Origin: an uncultured bacterium
Lineage (GTDB): Bacteria; Acidobacteriota; HRBIN11; JAKEFK01
Direction of reading: 5' to 3'
NCBI GenBank assembly: GCA_963777505.1
Contig: CAVZQN010000004.1
Location: 256,001 to 320,000 of the forward strand
DNA: 64,000 nucleotides
Shown here: one piece after another, positions 40,962-49,123 of the stretch
Numbering within the stretch: the stretch's first letter is position 1
How the letters are laid out: every line of letters starts with the position of its first letter
Notes under the pieces: model-generated
Databases searched by the model: none
Told to the model about the DNA's origin: nothing
What the model saw: only the letters and a program-made list of their open reading frames with translations
Program-made: the position numbers and the translations under genes

Positions 40962-41431
40962 CGTTGAAGGAAAAGATTTTACAAATGATCCCGCATCAGC
41001 CTCCGATGCGATTTATTTCAGACATTTTGGAAGTCGATGATCATCATTTAATCAGCTTGTATACATGGACTGTTGGAGATTGCGCAGGACACTTTCCGGA
41101 TTTTCCGGTTGTGCCTGGAGTGAAAATTATTGAGTCTGCCGCTCAGGCTGGGTGTGTGGCATTTGGTCTTTATCATCTCTTAAAAGAAAACAACGGCTTG
41201 ATCAATCTGGGTCAAATCGGACTTTTTACTTCGATTGAGCGAGGTGTTTTTAAAGAGATCGTCAGGCCAGGAGATAAGGTTGCAATGCATGCGGAATTTG
41301 GTGAAGAAGGATATTTTCGCAATCCTAAAATTGTAGTTGAAGTGCGCGCAATTTTTCAAAATGGAAGATTAGCAGGGGAAGAAGTTTTTTATGGTCAGCT
41401 TTCTGGAGTGTGGATTCCAAAAGTTTTATAA
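40958..41431 (+). CDS. fabZ: 3-hydroxyacyl-ACP dehydratase (FabZ-like)
   Basis: IPHQPPMRF, GHFPDFPVVPGVKIIESAAQ, VRPGD. Confidence 0.88.
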   Translation: MTLKEKILQMIPHQPPMRFISDILEVDDHHLISLYTWTVGDCAGHFPDFPVVPGVKIIESAAQAGCVAFGLYHLLKENNGLINLGQIGLFTSIERGVFKEIVRPGDKVAMHAEFGEEGYFRNPKIVVEVRAIFQNGRLAGEEVFYGQLSGVWIPKVL

Positions 41432-42785
41432 TCGGAGGAAATCTAAGACTGAAATCGATCTTGAAGCGCGGGTTGTTGTGACCGGTTTGGGAGTGATTGC
41501 ATCGAACGGTATTGGTTTGCCTTCTTTCCGTGAAGCGCTTCAAGCGGGTAAATCGGGGATCCGGTGGCAAGAGTCTCACAAGCGCCACAATCTGGCGAGT
41601 CAAATTGCCGGCATTCCGGATCTAACTGAAGATGAAATTATGGAAACTTTACCCGCAAATTTTTTACACAAATTAACAGAGGCAATGGTTTATGCGGCTT
41701 TATGTGCAATCGAATGTGCTCGTCATTCCGGAGAAACGATTAATCTTTTTACAGATGATGAAACACCTGTAGATTGGAAAACAGGAGCAATTATTGGATG
41801 CGGCCTTGGGGGCGGGATGGAAATCGTGCTGGATGAGTTTGGTCCGGTATTGAAAGAAGCGGTGCACGCAGAACCGTGCCGCGGCGCTCTTCCATTAGGA
41901 AGTGATGCTGTAGCTAAAGTGATGGCAAGTGGTGTCAGCGCTATTGTTGGAAAAATTTTAGGTCTTGGCGCACAGGTAATGTCGAACAGTTCTGCCTGTA
42001 CAACGGGAACAGAAGCAATCTTTGAAGGTTACAAAAATATTCTTTTAGGTTATGCCGATTCAATGTACGTTGGTGGAACTGAAGGAACACATCTTGGAAT
42101 TTATGCAGGATTTGATGCGATGAGAGATGTGCTTTGCTCCGATTATAACGATCTTCCTGAAAAAGCTTCGCAGCCAATGGGAGCAGGTGCTTGTGGTTTT
42201 GTCCCGGCAGGCGGTTGTGGAATTTTGCGGATTGAGGCTCTTGATCATGCTTTGCAACGTCGCGCTCCGATCTTATGTGAACTGATGTCTGCATACTGTA
42301 ACTCGGGAGGTCAGAGAGATGGGGGCTCTATGACATTTCCAAATCCAGAAGGTGTTCAGCGTTGTATCCGTTTCGTTCTGGAGGATGCAGGCGTTCAGCC
42401 GGAAGAAGTTTCGTTGATCAATGGACATCTGACATCTACATCGGCTGATCCGCTCGAAGTTCACAACTGGCTCAAAGCCTTAAAATTAGATCCATCCAAT
42501 TTTCCATTGATCCAATCTACAAAATCGATGATTGGTCATGGACTGGGAAGTGCGGGAGCGATTGAATCTGTAGCGGTTGTGGATCAAATTGCACATGGTT
42601 ATGTGCATCCTTCAATCAATTGTGAAGACTTACATCCAAAAATCGAAATGATTTCTAAGAGTATTCCGCATCAATTTCAAAAACGTGAACTAGATTACGC
42701 TATCAAATCATCCTTTGGATTTGGGGATGTTAATGGTTGCCTTCTCTTTAAAAGATGGGATGGAAATGAGAACGCAATTCGGTAA
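41391..42785 (+). CDS. fabF: Beta-ketoacyl-ACP synthase (FabF/FabB-like); true start probably ~41450-41460
   Basis: RVVVTGLG, SSACTTG (Cys), INGHLTST (His), KSMIGH (His), SFGFG; GGAGGA RBS at 41434. Confidence 0.9.
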   Translation: MVSFLECGFQKFYNRRKSKTEIDLEARVVVTGLGVIASNGIGLPSFREALQAGKSGIRWQESHKRHNLASQIAGIPDLTEDEIMETLPANFLHKLTEAMVYAALCAIECARHSGETINLFTDDETPVDWKTGAIIGCGLGGGMEIVLDEFGPVLKEAVHAEPCRGALPLGSDAVAKVMASGVSAIVGKILGLGAQVMSNSSACTTGTEAIFEGYKNILLGYADSMYVGGTEGTHLGIYAGFDAMRDVLCSDYNDLPEKASQPMGAGACGFVPAGGCGILRIEALDHALQRRAPILCELMSAYCNSGGQRDGGSMTFPNPEGVQRCIRFVLEDAGVQPEEVSLINGHLTSTSADPLEVHNWLKALKLDPSNFPLIQSTKSMIGHGLGSAGAIESVAVVDQIAHGYVHPSINCEDLHPKIEMISKSIPHQFQKRELDYAIKSSFGFGDVNGCLLFKRWDGNENAIR

Positions 42786-42796
42786 AGGAGATCAAT

Positions 42797-43693
42797 ATGG
42801 GATTCGCTAGAAAAGAAGCCACGATCGAAGCAATACCTCTTGATGAATTAACGCCTTCACAGTTAGAGAAAAAAATTATCGAAGGCGTAAAAAGATATGC
42901 GACTAGAAATGAGAATTGGGCGAAGGCGACTAAAAACACTCCGTTTCTTGGCCAGATCACGGGAATGGGTATTGAATCTGCAAACTTAGTCGACATTACG
43001 ATGTCGATTGAACGGCAATTCTTAACAAGAAAAACGAAAAAAGTTCCAATCAACGCGGAAGGCACTGAATTTCGTTTAGAAGATGGCGACCTTGGTAAGC
43101 TCATGATTCTTGAAGGACAGGATACTTTTGCAGCAACTCCTGGCCTTGCAGTGAAGATGCTCATGGAGCTTGGTCACACACAAACAGATCCTTCCTATCT
43201 TGAAGACGTCATGTCTTTTGCTTATATCGTGATTGTAGGCGAAGGATATCGGCTTAATGATTCACTTCAAAAGCTTTCAATGAGAATCAACAAAGCCCCG
43301 GATGAAAATACGAAAACAGAATGGCTTCAATCTCTTTGCGAACAAATTAAGATCGCAAAAGAATACGTAAATACAATCGGCGATCCTGCGAGATTGGCTC
43401 AAACGCGGATGCGAGCCTATGAGGAAGAGCTGGATCGTTATCAGGGTCTTAATAAAGAAATTCAGGGCATCGGAGATCGAACAGTTTCCATGGATGATGC
43501 TGAACGCGAAGCATTGAAGAGCAAGCTTGCAGCATTAAAGCTTCGTTCAAATAAAAATCGGATGATTCTGAGAGTCGTGGAATCCGTTGCAAAGGATTGC
43601 GGAAAGCGTTCGCCACTTGAAGAGAATGAAGTTCAAAAAATTAAAACAAAACTTGAATCTACGTTATTGGAAATGGAAAGTTGGATGGTCTAA
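42797..43693 (+). CDS. Cryptic acyl carrier protein with insertions and ~170-aa helical C-terminal extension
   Basis: GMGIES61ANLVDITMSIERQF resembles the ACP helix-II pantetheine site; occupies the ACP slot between KS and PPTase; no other ACP in the operon. Confidence 0.65.
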   Translation: MGFARKEATIEAIPLDELTPSQLEKKIIEGVKRYATRNENWAKATKNTPFLGQITGMGIESANLVDITMSIERQFLTRKTKKVPINAEGTEFRLEDGDLGKLMILEGQDTFAATPGLAVKMLMELGHTQTDPSYLEDVMSFAYIVIVGEGYRLNDSLQKLSMRINKAPDENTKTEWLQSLCEQIKIAKEYVNTIGDPARLAQTRMRAYEEELDRYQGLNKEIQGIGDRTVSMDDAEREALKSKLAALKLRSNKNRMILRVVESVAKDCGKRSPLEENEVQKIKTKLESTLLEMESWMV

Positions 43694-43695
43694 GA

Positions 43696-44289
43696 ATGCA
43701 GGCTATTGGAAACGACATCATCGACCTTCATCATCCTTCGATCCTTGAGCATTCAAGCCAGGACGAAGTATGGATGCAGAGGCATTTGACAGGCGATGAG
43801 TGGCGATGGCTTTCGAACTTTTCCGATAGCACGCAGCGATGCTCTGAGTTTTGGCAGATCTTTGCATTGAAAGAAGCTTCATCCAAGGCAATCACTCAAT
43901 TGGGTTACACAGTGCCGTTTGGAACGTTCACGCATTTTGAAGTGGATATTGAGCGTAATACTGTTCTCCATTGTTCAGGCGAAGTTTTGGATATTCAAAG
44001 TATTCAAACAAATCCGGAATGGATACACGTAGTAGTGAGTAATGTGGTGCTGACATCTCGTCCGCAAATCTTGAGTGAAGTTCACGAACTAGGGGATAGC
44101 GAAGACGCGTCCAGTTATTTAAAGGACAAGCTCATACGCAGTCTGAAAAATAATGGTTATTCTTCCGCAACATTTGCTCAACACGATGGTATTCCTCTCA
44201 TTGTTCAGGATGGACATCCCATAGCGCCTGTTTCTTTTTCTCATTCAGGAAAATTTGCCGCATTCAGCTGGCTCGCAGGACAATCATGA
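43696..44289 (+). CDS. 4'-phosphopantetheinyl transferase
   Basis: IGNDIIDL, FALKEASSKA, terminal SFSHSG. Confidence 0.85.
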   Translation: MQAIGNDIIDLHHPSILEHSSQDEVWMQRHLTGDEWRWLSNFSDSTQRCSEFWQIFALKEASSKAITQLGYTVPFGTFTHFEVDIERNTVLHCSGEVLDIQSIQTNPEWIHVVVSNVVLTSRPQILSEVHELGDSEDASSYLKDKLIRSLKNNGYSSATFAQHDGIPLIVQDGHPIAPVSFSHSGKFAAFSWLAGQS

Positions 44290-45233
44290 AAACATATTGC
44301 CTTTTATTTTCAGGCCAGGCGGCACAGAAGCATGGAATGTGCTCCGAACTCTGGACAATGCCGTCAGCAAGAGAAGCGCTGGATACTCTGCGTCCAATTC
44401 TGGGAGATGATCTTGAGCAGATCACGACTCAGATGTCGGATGACGATTTGAAGAAAACATTCAACGCGCAGCGTGCGATTCACACTCATCATTTAGGGCA
44501 GTGGTTAGCTTTTCAACATTATCATCCTGAAATTCGAGTTGGTGCAGTCGTCGGACATTCCATGGGAGTTGTTGCTGCGCTTGTAGTATCAGGCGCGATT
44601 TCAGTAGAAGATTCTGGCCGTTTCATTTTGGAACGTTCAAAAGCTTTTTCTGAAGTTTGCGCGCAGCTGCATGATGAATATGGCTTGATGGCGGCGCAAA
44701 CAGAAGATCTGCAGGATCTAATCGATGAACTTCCCCGCATTCCAAATCTAGAACTGGCTTTGTATAACAGCCCGGGTAAAGGTGTTGTTGGAGGGAAAGT
44801 AAAAGATCTCATCGCTCTTATGGAGCTTGCAAAGAGCGAAACGTGGCCGGTGTACTTTCGCATGTTAAAAGTGGAAGGTCCATATCACACCCAGGCGCTT
44901 CAGGCATGTGAAGATAGATTAGGAAAAATGTTGCGGACAATATCTATAGAGCCTCCGAATATTCCAATCTATATGGGAACATCAGGAAAATTGGAACAGG
45001 ATCCTGAAAAAATTCGATACTTGCTTGCCAAACAGGCGACTTCAACAGAAATGCATTTTCAGGCTGTTTCTCAAGCGCTTCAATCTGGATTTCATGATTA
45101 TCTGGAAATAGCACATTATCCGCAGGCGATTCAATGGATCTCAGAAATCGCACTTGTACACGGATATACCGAAGTGACAATGACAAAAGTTCTAACTTCA
45201 GATATCCCGTTACCGCTCGAAAATATTGCATAA
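44286..45233 (+). CDS. fabD: ACP S-malonyltransferase / acyltransferase
   Basis: FSGQAAQ, AQRAI, GHSMG, LYNSP, GPYHT. Confidence 0.88.
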   Translation: MKTYCLLFSGQAAQKHGMCSELWTMPSAREALDTLRPILGDDLEQITTQMSDDDLKKTFNAQRAIHTHHLGQWLAFQHYHPEIRVGAVVGHSMGVVAALVVSGAISVEDSGRFILERSKAFSEVCAQLHDEYGLMAAQTEDLQDLIDELPRIPNLELALYNSPGKGVVGGKVKDLIALMELAKSETWPVYFRMLKVEGPYHTQALQACEDRLGKMLRTISIEPPNIPIYMGTSGKLEQDPEKIRYLLAKQATSTEMHFQAVSQALQSGFHDYLEIAHYPQAIQWISEIALVHGYTEVTMTKVLTSDIPLPLENIA

Positions 45234-45236
45234 GAT

Positions 45237-46325
45237 ATGTCACAAAAATCTGTAGTTTTGTTAACTGGATGCTCTGGTTTTGTCGGCCAATTGATGGCGT
45301 CGGTTTTACTGGCGCGTCACAACGGTCTTCAACTTGTACTGCCATACCGCAATCATCATATTGAAAAGAATTTATCGGACCGGATTTTGGAATGTGCAAA
45401 AGACCTGAATCCACGCTGTAATTTGAGCCCGGACCGGTTGATTCTAAAGCCTGTATCCAGCCTGCTGGATTTAATGTCGATGGATGACGAGTTGAGAAAA
45501 ATTGGTGTAGAGGAAATCATTCATTCGGCAGGTTCTGTTAGTTATGACGATGAAGACACTCTTCTGGCAGTCAATGTTGATCTCACAAAACATTTACTAA
45601 GCCTCGCGAAAAGAGTGAATGTGCAGCGATTCATTTATATCTCAACAGCATTTTCTTGCGGGTTCGGTCGCAAGCTTATTTATGAGGACTTGCATCCGGA
45701 ACCCGTTTTTGATCCGACTCTTTACACGAAAACCAAGCGGCAAACGGAAAATTTGATCACGCAAAGCGGAATACCTTACGTGATCATAAGACCAAGTATT
45801 GTAATCGGAGACAGCCAATCGGGTATTTATTATGGAAAACCTTATGGCATTTATCAGCTCATGCATTTTGCAAAAAAAGTTGGAAGGAGAATCGGTGAAG
45901 ACAGACTGCATGTGATTGCTCCAAGCATAAAGCTTCAGGTGATCCATCAAGATCATTTTCAAGATGCAATGGAAAAGGTGTTCTGTCATGCGGAGCCCGG
46001 AACGATTGTTCATCTGGCTTCAGAATATTCTTCGCTAATAACTTCGCGTGAACTAATTGATTACTGGATCCAGCAATATTTGAAGCCAACCGCGATCCAT
46101 TATTACGACTCACTAGCCGATTTTCCGATGGAAGATTCAACGATCGATCGCAAGCAAAAGCTTTTTGTTGAAATGACAGGCGTAAACAACGAAATCGCGG
46201 GTTACGATCTTGAATTCGATCTTACGCGGCTGAAAAAAATGTACGAATCGCCAGAGAGTTTTCCGAAAGTAACATATCAATCACTGCAAAAATGTATCGA
46301 TTGGTATATGGAAAAAATAGCATGA
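45237..46325 (+). CDS. Extended SDR of thioester-reductase / fatty acyl reductase (NAD_binding_4) type
   Basis: LTGCSGFVG, IHSAGSV, YISTAF, YTKTK, RPSIVIGDS. Confidence 0.8.
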   Translation: MSQKSVVLLTGCSGFVGQLMASVLLARHNGLQLVLPYRNHHIEKNLSDRILECAKDLNPRCNLSPDRLILKPVSSLLDLMSMDDELRKIGVEEIIHSAGSVSYDDEDTLLAVNVDLTKHLLSLAKRVNVQRFIYISTAFSCGFGRKLIYEDLHPEPVFDPTLYTKTKRQTENLITQSGIPYVIIRPSIVIGDSQSGIYYGKPYGIYQLMHFAKKVGRRIGEDRLHVIAPSIKLQVIHQDHFQDAMEKVFCHAEPGTIVHLASEYSSLITSRELIDYWIQQYLKPTAIHYYDSLADFPMEDSTIDRKQKLFVEMTGVNNEIAGYDLEFDLTRLKKMYESPESFPKVTYQSLQKCIDWYMEKIA

Positions 46326-46342
46326 AGCTATAGGAGGCAACC

Positions 46343-47065
46343 ATGCAGACAATGAGGACTTTGCCAGTTGATGAAGCCATGTCCCAGCTTATGGGGTTGG
46401 CAATTTTTGGTGAGAAAGTCGCTGCTCGAACTTACACGCTAATGGCTAAGATCAAACCTGAATTCGATCAGCTTCTTCGCAAATTCTCACATATGGAAGG
46501 TCAGCATGGCACCTGGTTTATGGATGGAAGCCGAAGCAACAAGATCGAACCTGATAAAGCCTTTGCAGACCGTGAGCTTGGATACTTGATCGATCAAGTT
46601 GATGAATATTACAAGCAGCAGGATTTTAATGCGCTGGCAATTTTGCAGGGTTTTATTGTGGAAAGTCTCGCGATTTCTACATATGAACCATTTTTGGAAG
46701 TTGCACACAAATATCCTGGATCTGAAAAAGCATTCAGACAGGCCCTCGCTGATGAGCGGTATCATGTAGATTGGATCACGCGATATTTAAGGCTCGAGTT
46801 TTTTGAAAGCGAAAACAATTTCCTTCAATTGACGGAGCGTGTGAATGCTCAGGGAGTGGATTGTATCGGCGGAAGCATGATGAACATTGTCGATTGTCTG
46901 AACAGTGTTGGACTCTCAGGCGCCGATTGTTCGGGGACGATGGTCGCCGAATACACAGGATTATTGGAAAGCGTCGGAATCGACAGTGAATCCGCTACAA
47001 AAAATGTGATGGGCATCTTCATGCCCCTGATTCGTAAATACAAAGCCGGCGAAAGGACTAAATAG
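46343..47065 (+). CDS. Aldehyde-deformylating oxygenase-like ferritin-fold diiron protein
   Basis: E24, E52xxH55, E107, E138xxH141; segments GEKVAARTY, MEGQH, IEPDKAFA, LQGFIVESLAISTY, DERYH parallel cyanobacterial ADO. Confidence 0.8.
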   Translation: MQTMRTLPVDEAMSQLMGLAIFGEKVAARTYTLMAKIKPEFDQLLRKFSHMEGQHGTWFMDGSRSNKIEPDKAFADRELGYLIDQVDEYYKQQDFNALAILQGFIVESLAISTYEPFLEVAHKYPGSEKAFRQALADERYHVDWITRYLRLEFFESENNFLQLTERVNAQGVDCIGGSMMNIVDCLNSVGLSGADCSGTMVAEYTGLLESVGIDSESATKNVMGIFMPLIRKYKAGERTK

Positions 47066-47089
47066 AATCTCTAAGTCTTTGCGGTAAGA

Positions 47090-47701
47090 ATGGAACCAAT
47101 AGAACAAACTTTTTGGTCTGTGATGAAACAGCTCGAAGTTCTGGCTGTTTCTCAGTACAAAAAATTCATCCCTGAATTAAGCGCAACGAGAAAAGAAATT
47201 TTTTTGCAGAATGTACCTTCGCAAAAAAGTTCCGCAGACGATCAGCTATCGAGTGCGGTTGAAAGGTTAGTGGAAGTTGCCACAAAAAACTCCCGGCTTG
47301 ATACGCTGCTTTTACAAGGCTTCACGCTTGAACTGATGGGACAAGCAATTTACAGGGCGATTCAAAATGTTTCGTCTGTTAACGAAAATTCTCACCTGCT
47401 TGCAGAACAAGCGTACACAGCATCGCAAGATGTACTCCAGCAAGTTCTTTCTATTCTTAGAAAAGAAAATCTTGTTGGCGATTCAGGCTTTAAGGCTTTT
47501 GTTTCAGCAACGCAAGATGTCTTCGGCGCTTTAGATTCAATGGGAACGTTGATTGACGAAACTTTCGCAGGCCAGAGCCAGTTTCGATTTGATGATATTT
47601 TAGCTGACGCTGTCGCTGAACTTCTAAAGTACGGCGCCGATCTAGGAATGGACCGCAAAAAACTTCTTCGCCAGTTGACCAGCTCCCTAATGACCGGCTG
47701 A
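47090..47701 (+). CDS. Degenerate ADO-like paralog lacking in-register ExxH ligands
   Basis: LEVLAVSQY and LLQGFTLELMGQAIY align with helices 1 and 3 of the upstream protein; LGMDRKKL tail. Confidence 0.6.
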   Translation: MEPIEQTFWSVMKQLEVLAVSQYKKFIPELSATRKEIFLQNVPSQKSSADDQLSSAVERLVEVATKNSRLDTLLLQGFTLELMGQAIYRAIQNVSSVNENSHLLAEQAYTASQDVLQQVLSILRKENLVGDSGFKAFVSATQDVFGALDSMGTLIDETFAGQSQFRFDDILADAVAELLKYGADLGMDRKKLLRQLTSSLMTG

Positions 47702-47710
47702 AATGTGGAG

Positions 47711-47777
47711 CCGGAAAAAGGCGAGCCTATGCAGCTCGCCTTCCCGAATTTCAGTTAATACGAAGATAGCCAACGGT
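47711..47777. repeat. 67-bp direct repeat, copy 1 (terminator hairpin plus last codons of the gene ending at 50846)
   Basis: Identical to 50806-50872; contains the aaggcgagc/gctcgcctt stem. Confidence 0.9.
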
Positions 47778-47819
47778 AAAAACGCGAACAGCGACTAAAT
47801 CAAAATAAACTGTCGCATT

Positions 47820-48845
47820 CTATCCCGTCACGATATGGACAATATCGCGAAGTACAGCGGCGGCGGTGGGAAATGGATCTGATTCATCGATGCAAAAGAA
47901 CATTTCGCCGTTTATATCAGTGTTATAAATGACACCCATCATACTGCCTGTAATCGTTGCTAGCCGGTGAGATCGTGAAAGTAATCTTGGTTGGACACTC
48001 AATTGGTAATCGTTGTCACTTTTTTCTGCATGTGCAATTAGCCTGATTACTTGATTCTCTGATGCTGCTTTTTCTATCTGTGCTTTTGTTACACCAGAGA
48101 TTCCTTCGATGGCAACATCCTTGAGTGTTGTGGGATGATGCAAAACTGCGTTCGCGATGATGACCAGTTTGCATGCTGCATCCCAGCCATCCACATCTAA
48201 TGATGGATCCGTTTCAGCCATTCCGATTTCCTGAGCTTGCTTTAAAGCGTCATTATAGGATTGTCCTTGCGCCATTTCTGTAAGGATGTAATTCGTGGTT
48301 CCATTGAGAACCCCTTCCACTCTGTTAATGGCAGCAATGCAAAGGTCGCGCATTCCAATGTTTAATGTTGGCATTCCTCCTGTAACAGTTGCACTGTACA
48401 GGAGTTTCACGTTTTTCGATTTCGCAAGATCAGCTAGTTCTGAAAACGCCAGTGCAAGTGGTCCTTTGTTCGCGCTGACCACATGCATCTGTTTTTCCAT
48501 AGCAGTCCGAATTGCAGTAAGCCCTGGTTCTCCATCTTTCAGGTTTGTAGGAGTCAGCTCAACCAGAAGATTCGCTTTGACACTTTGCATAAATTCAGCA
48601 GCTTTCATTCCTGCTACACCAGACCGCAATGTGGAGACGCCCTTCTTTTGCTCTTTGGCATTAATTGCCTGAACGATATCAATTCCGTGCGGATCCAACG
48701 CTGCTCCGGAAGAATCACAAATGCCTGATATAACCAGTTCAATGTCAAAACGTTTGGAAAGGATTTCACGTTTGCGCTGAATTAATTCCAGCAAACGTCT
48801 TCCAACATTTCCCATTCCGGTGATTGCAAGAAGAGTTTTTCGCAT
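47820..48845 (-). CDS. hom: Homoserine dehydrogenase (no ACT domain)
   Basis: GMGNVG, VVSANKGPLA, GVLNGTTNYIL, AETDPSLDVDGWDAACK. Confidence 0.92.
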   Translation of the reverse strand: MRKTLLAITGMGNVGRRLLELIQRKREILSKRFDIELVISGICDSSGAALDPHGIDIVQAINAKEQKKGVSTLRSGVAGMKAAEFMQSVKANLLVELTPTNLKDGEPGLTAIRTAMEKQMHVVSANKGPLALAFSELADLAKSKNVKLLYSATVTGGMPTLNIGMRDLCIAAINRVEGVLNGTTNYILTEMAQGQSYNDALKQAQEIGMAETDPSLDVDGWDAACKLVIIANAVLHHPTTLKDVAIEGISGVTKAQIEKAASENQVIRLIAHAEKSDNDYQLSVQPRLLSRSHRLATITGSMMGVIYNTDINGEMFFCIDESDPFPTAAAVLRDIVHIVTG

Positions 48846-49123
48846 GCTGAATGTGTGAAATATTATTATAAGGATTACGAGATCAAACAGCTAAAAAGTA
48901 CTATTCTCCGCGAAGGTAAAAATTTAAATCGTCTAGGGCAGCGAAATCAACTACGCATAATTGTTTATACTAATCTTGACAACGATAACCTGTTCTTTTA
49001 GTCGCTGTGTATTTTTTGCCTTTGAATGATGCTCTTTATTGTTATTAAGGAGGTCGCTTGAAGCTTGTTAGCGAAATCTTTGACACCGGCACCAAAATCC
49101 CTTATATATTCATCTCCTAAAAC

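Noticed and set aside
41391-41470. N-terminal extension or non-canonical start of the ketosynthase
   Set aside because: The RBS at 41434 precedes out-of-frame CTG/TTG codons; one missing base would give MKRRVVVTG, so this is probably an error or start ambiguity and cannot be resolved here
39238-45233. Housekeeping fab operon, or aryl-polyene/ladderane/type II aromatic PKS cluster
   Set aside because: No plsX/fabH/rpmF or canonical acpP; only one KS and no chain-length factor, cyclase or radical SAM gene; the enoyl reductase and terminal reductase/diiron genes point to a reduced, released chain
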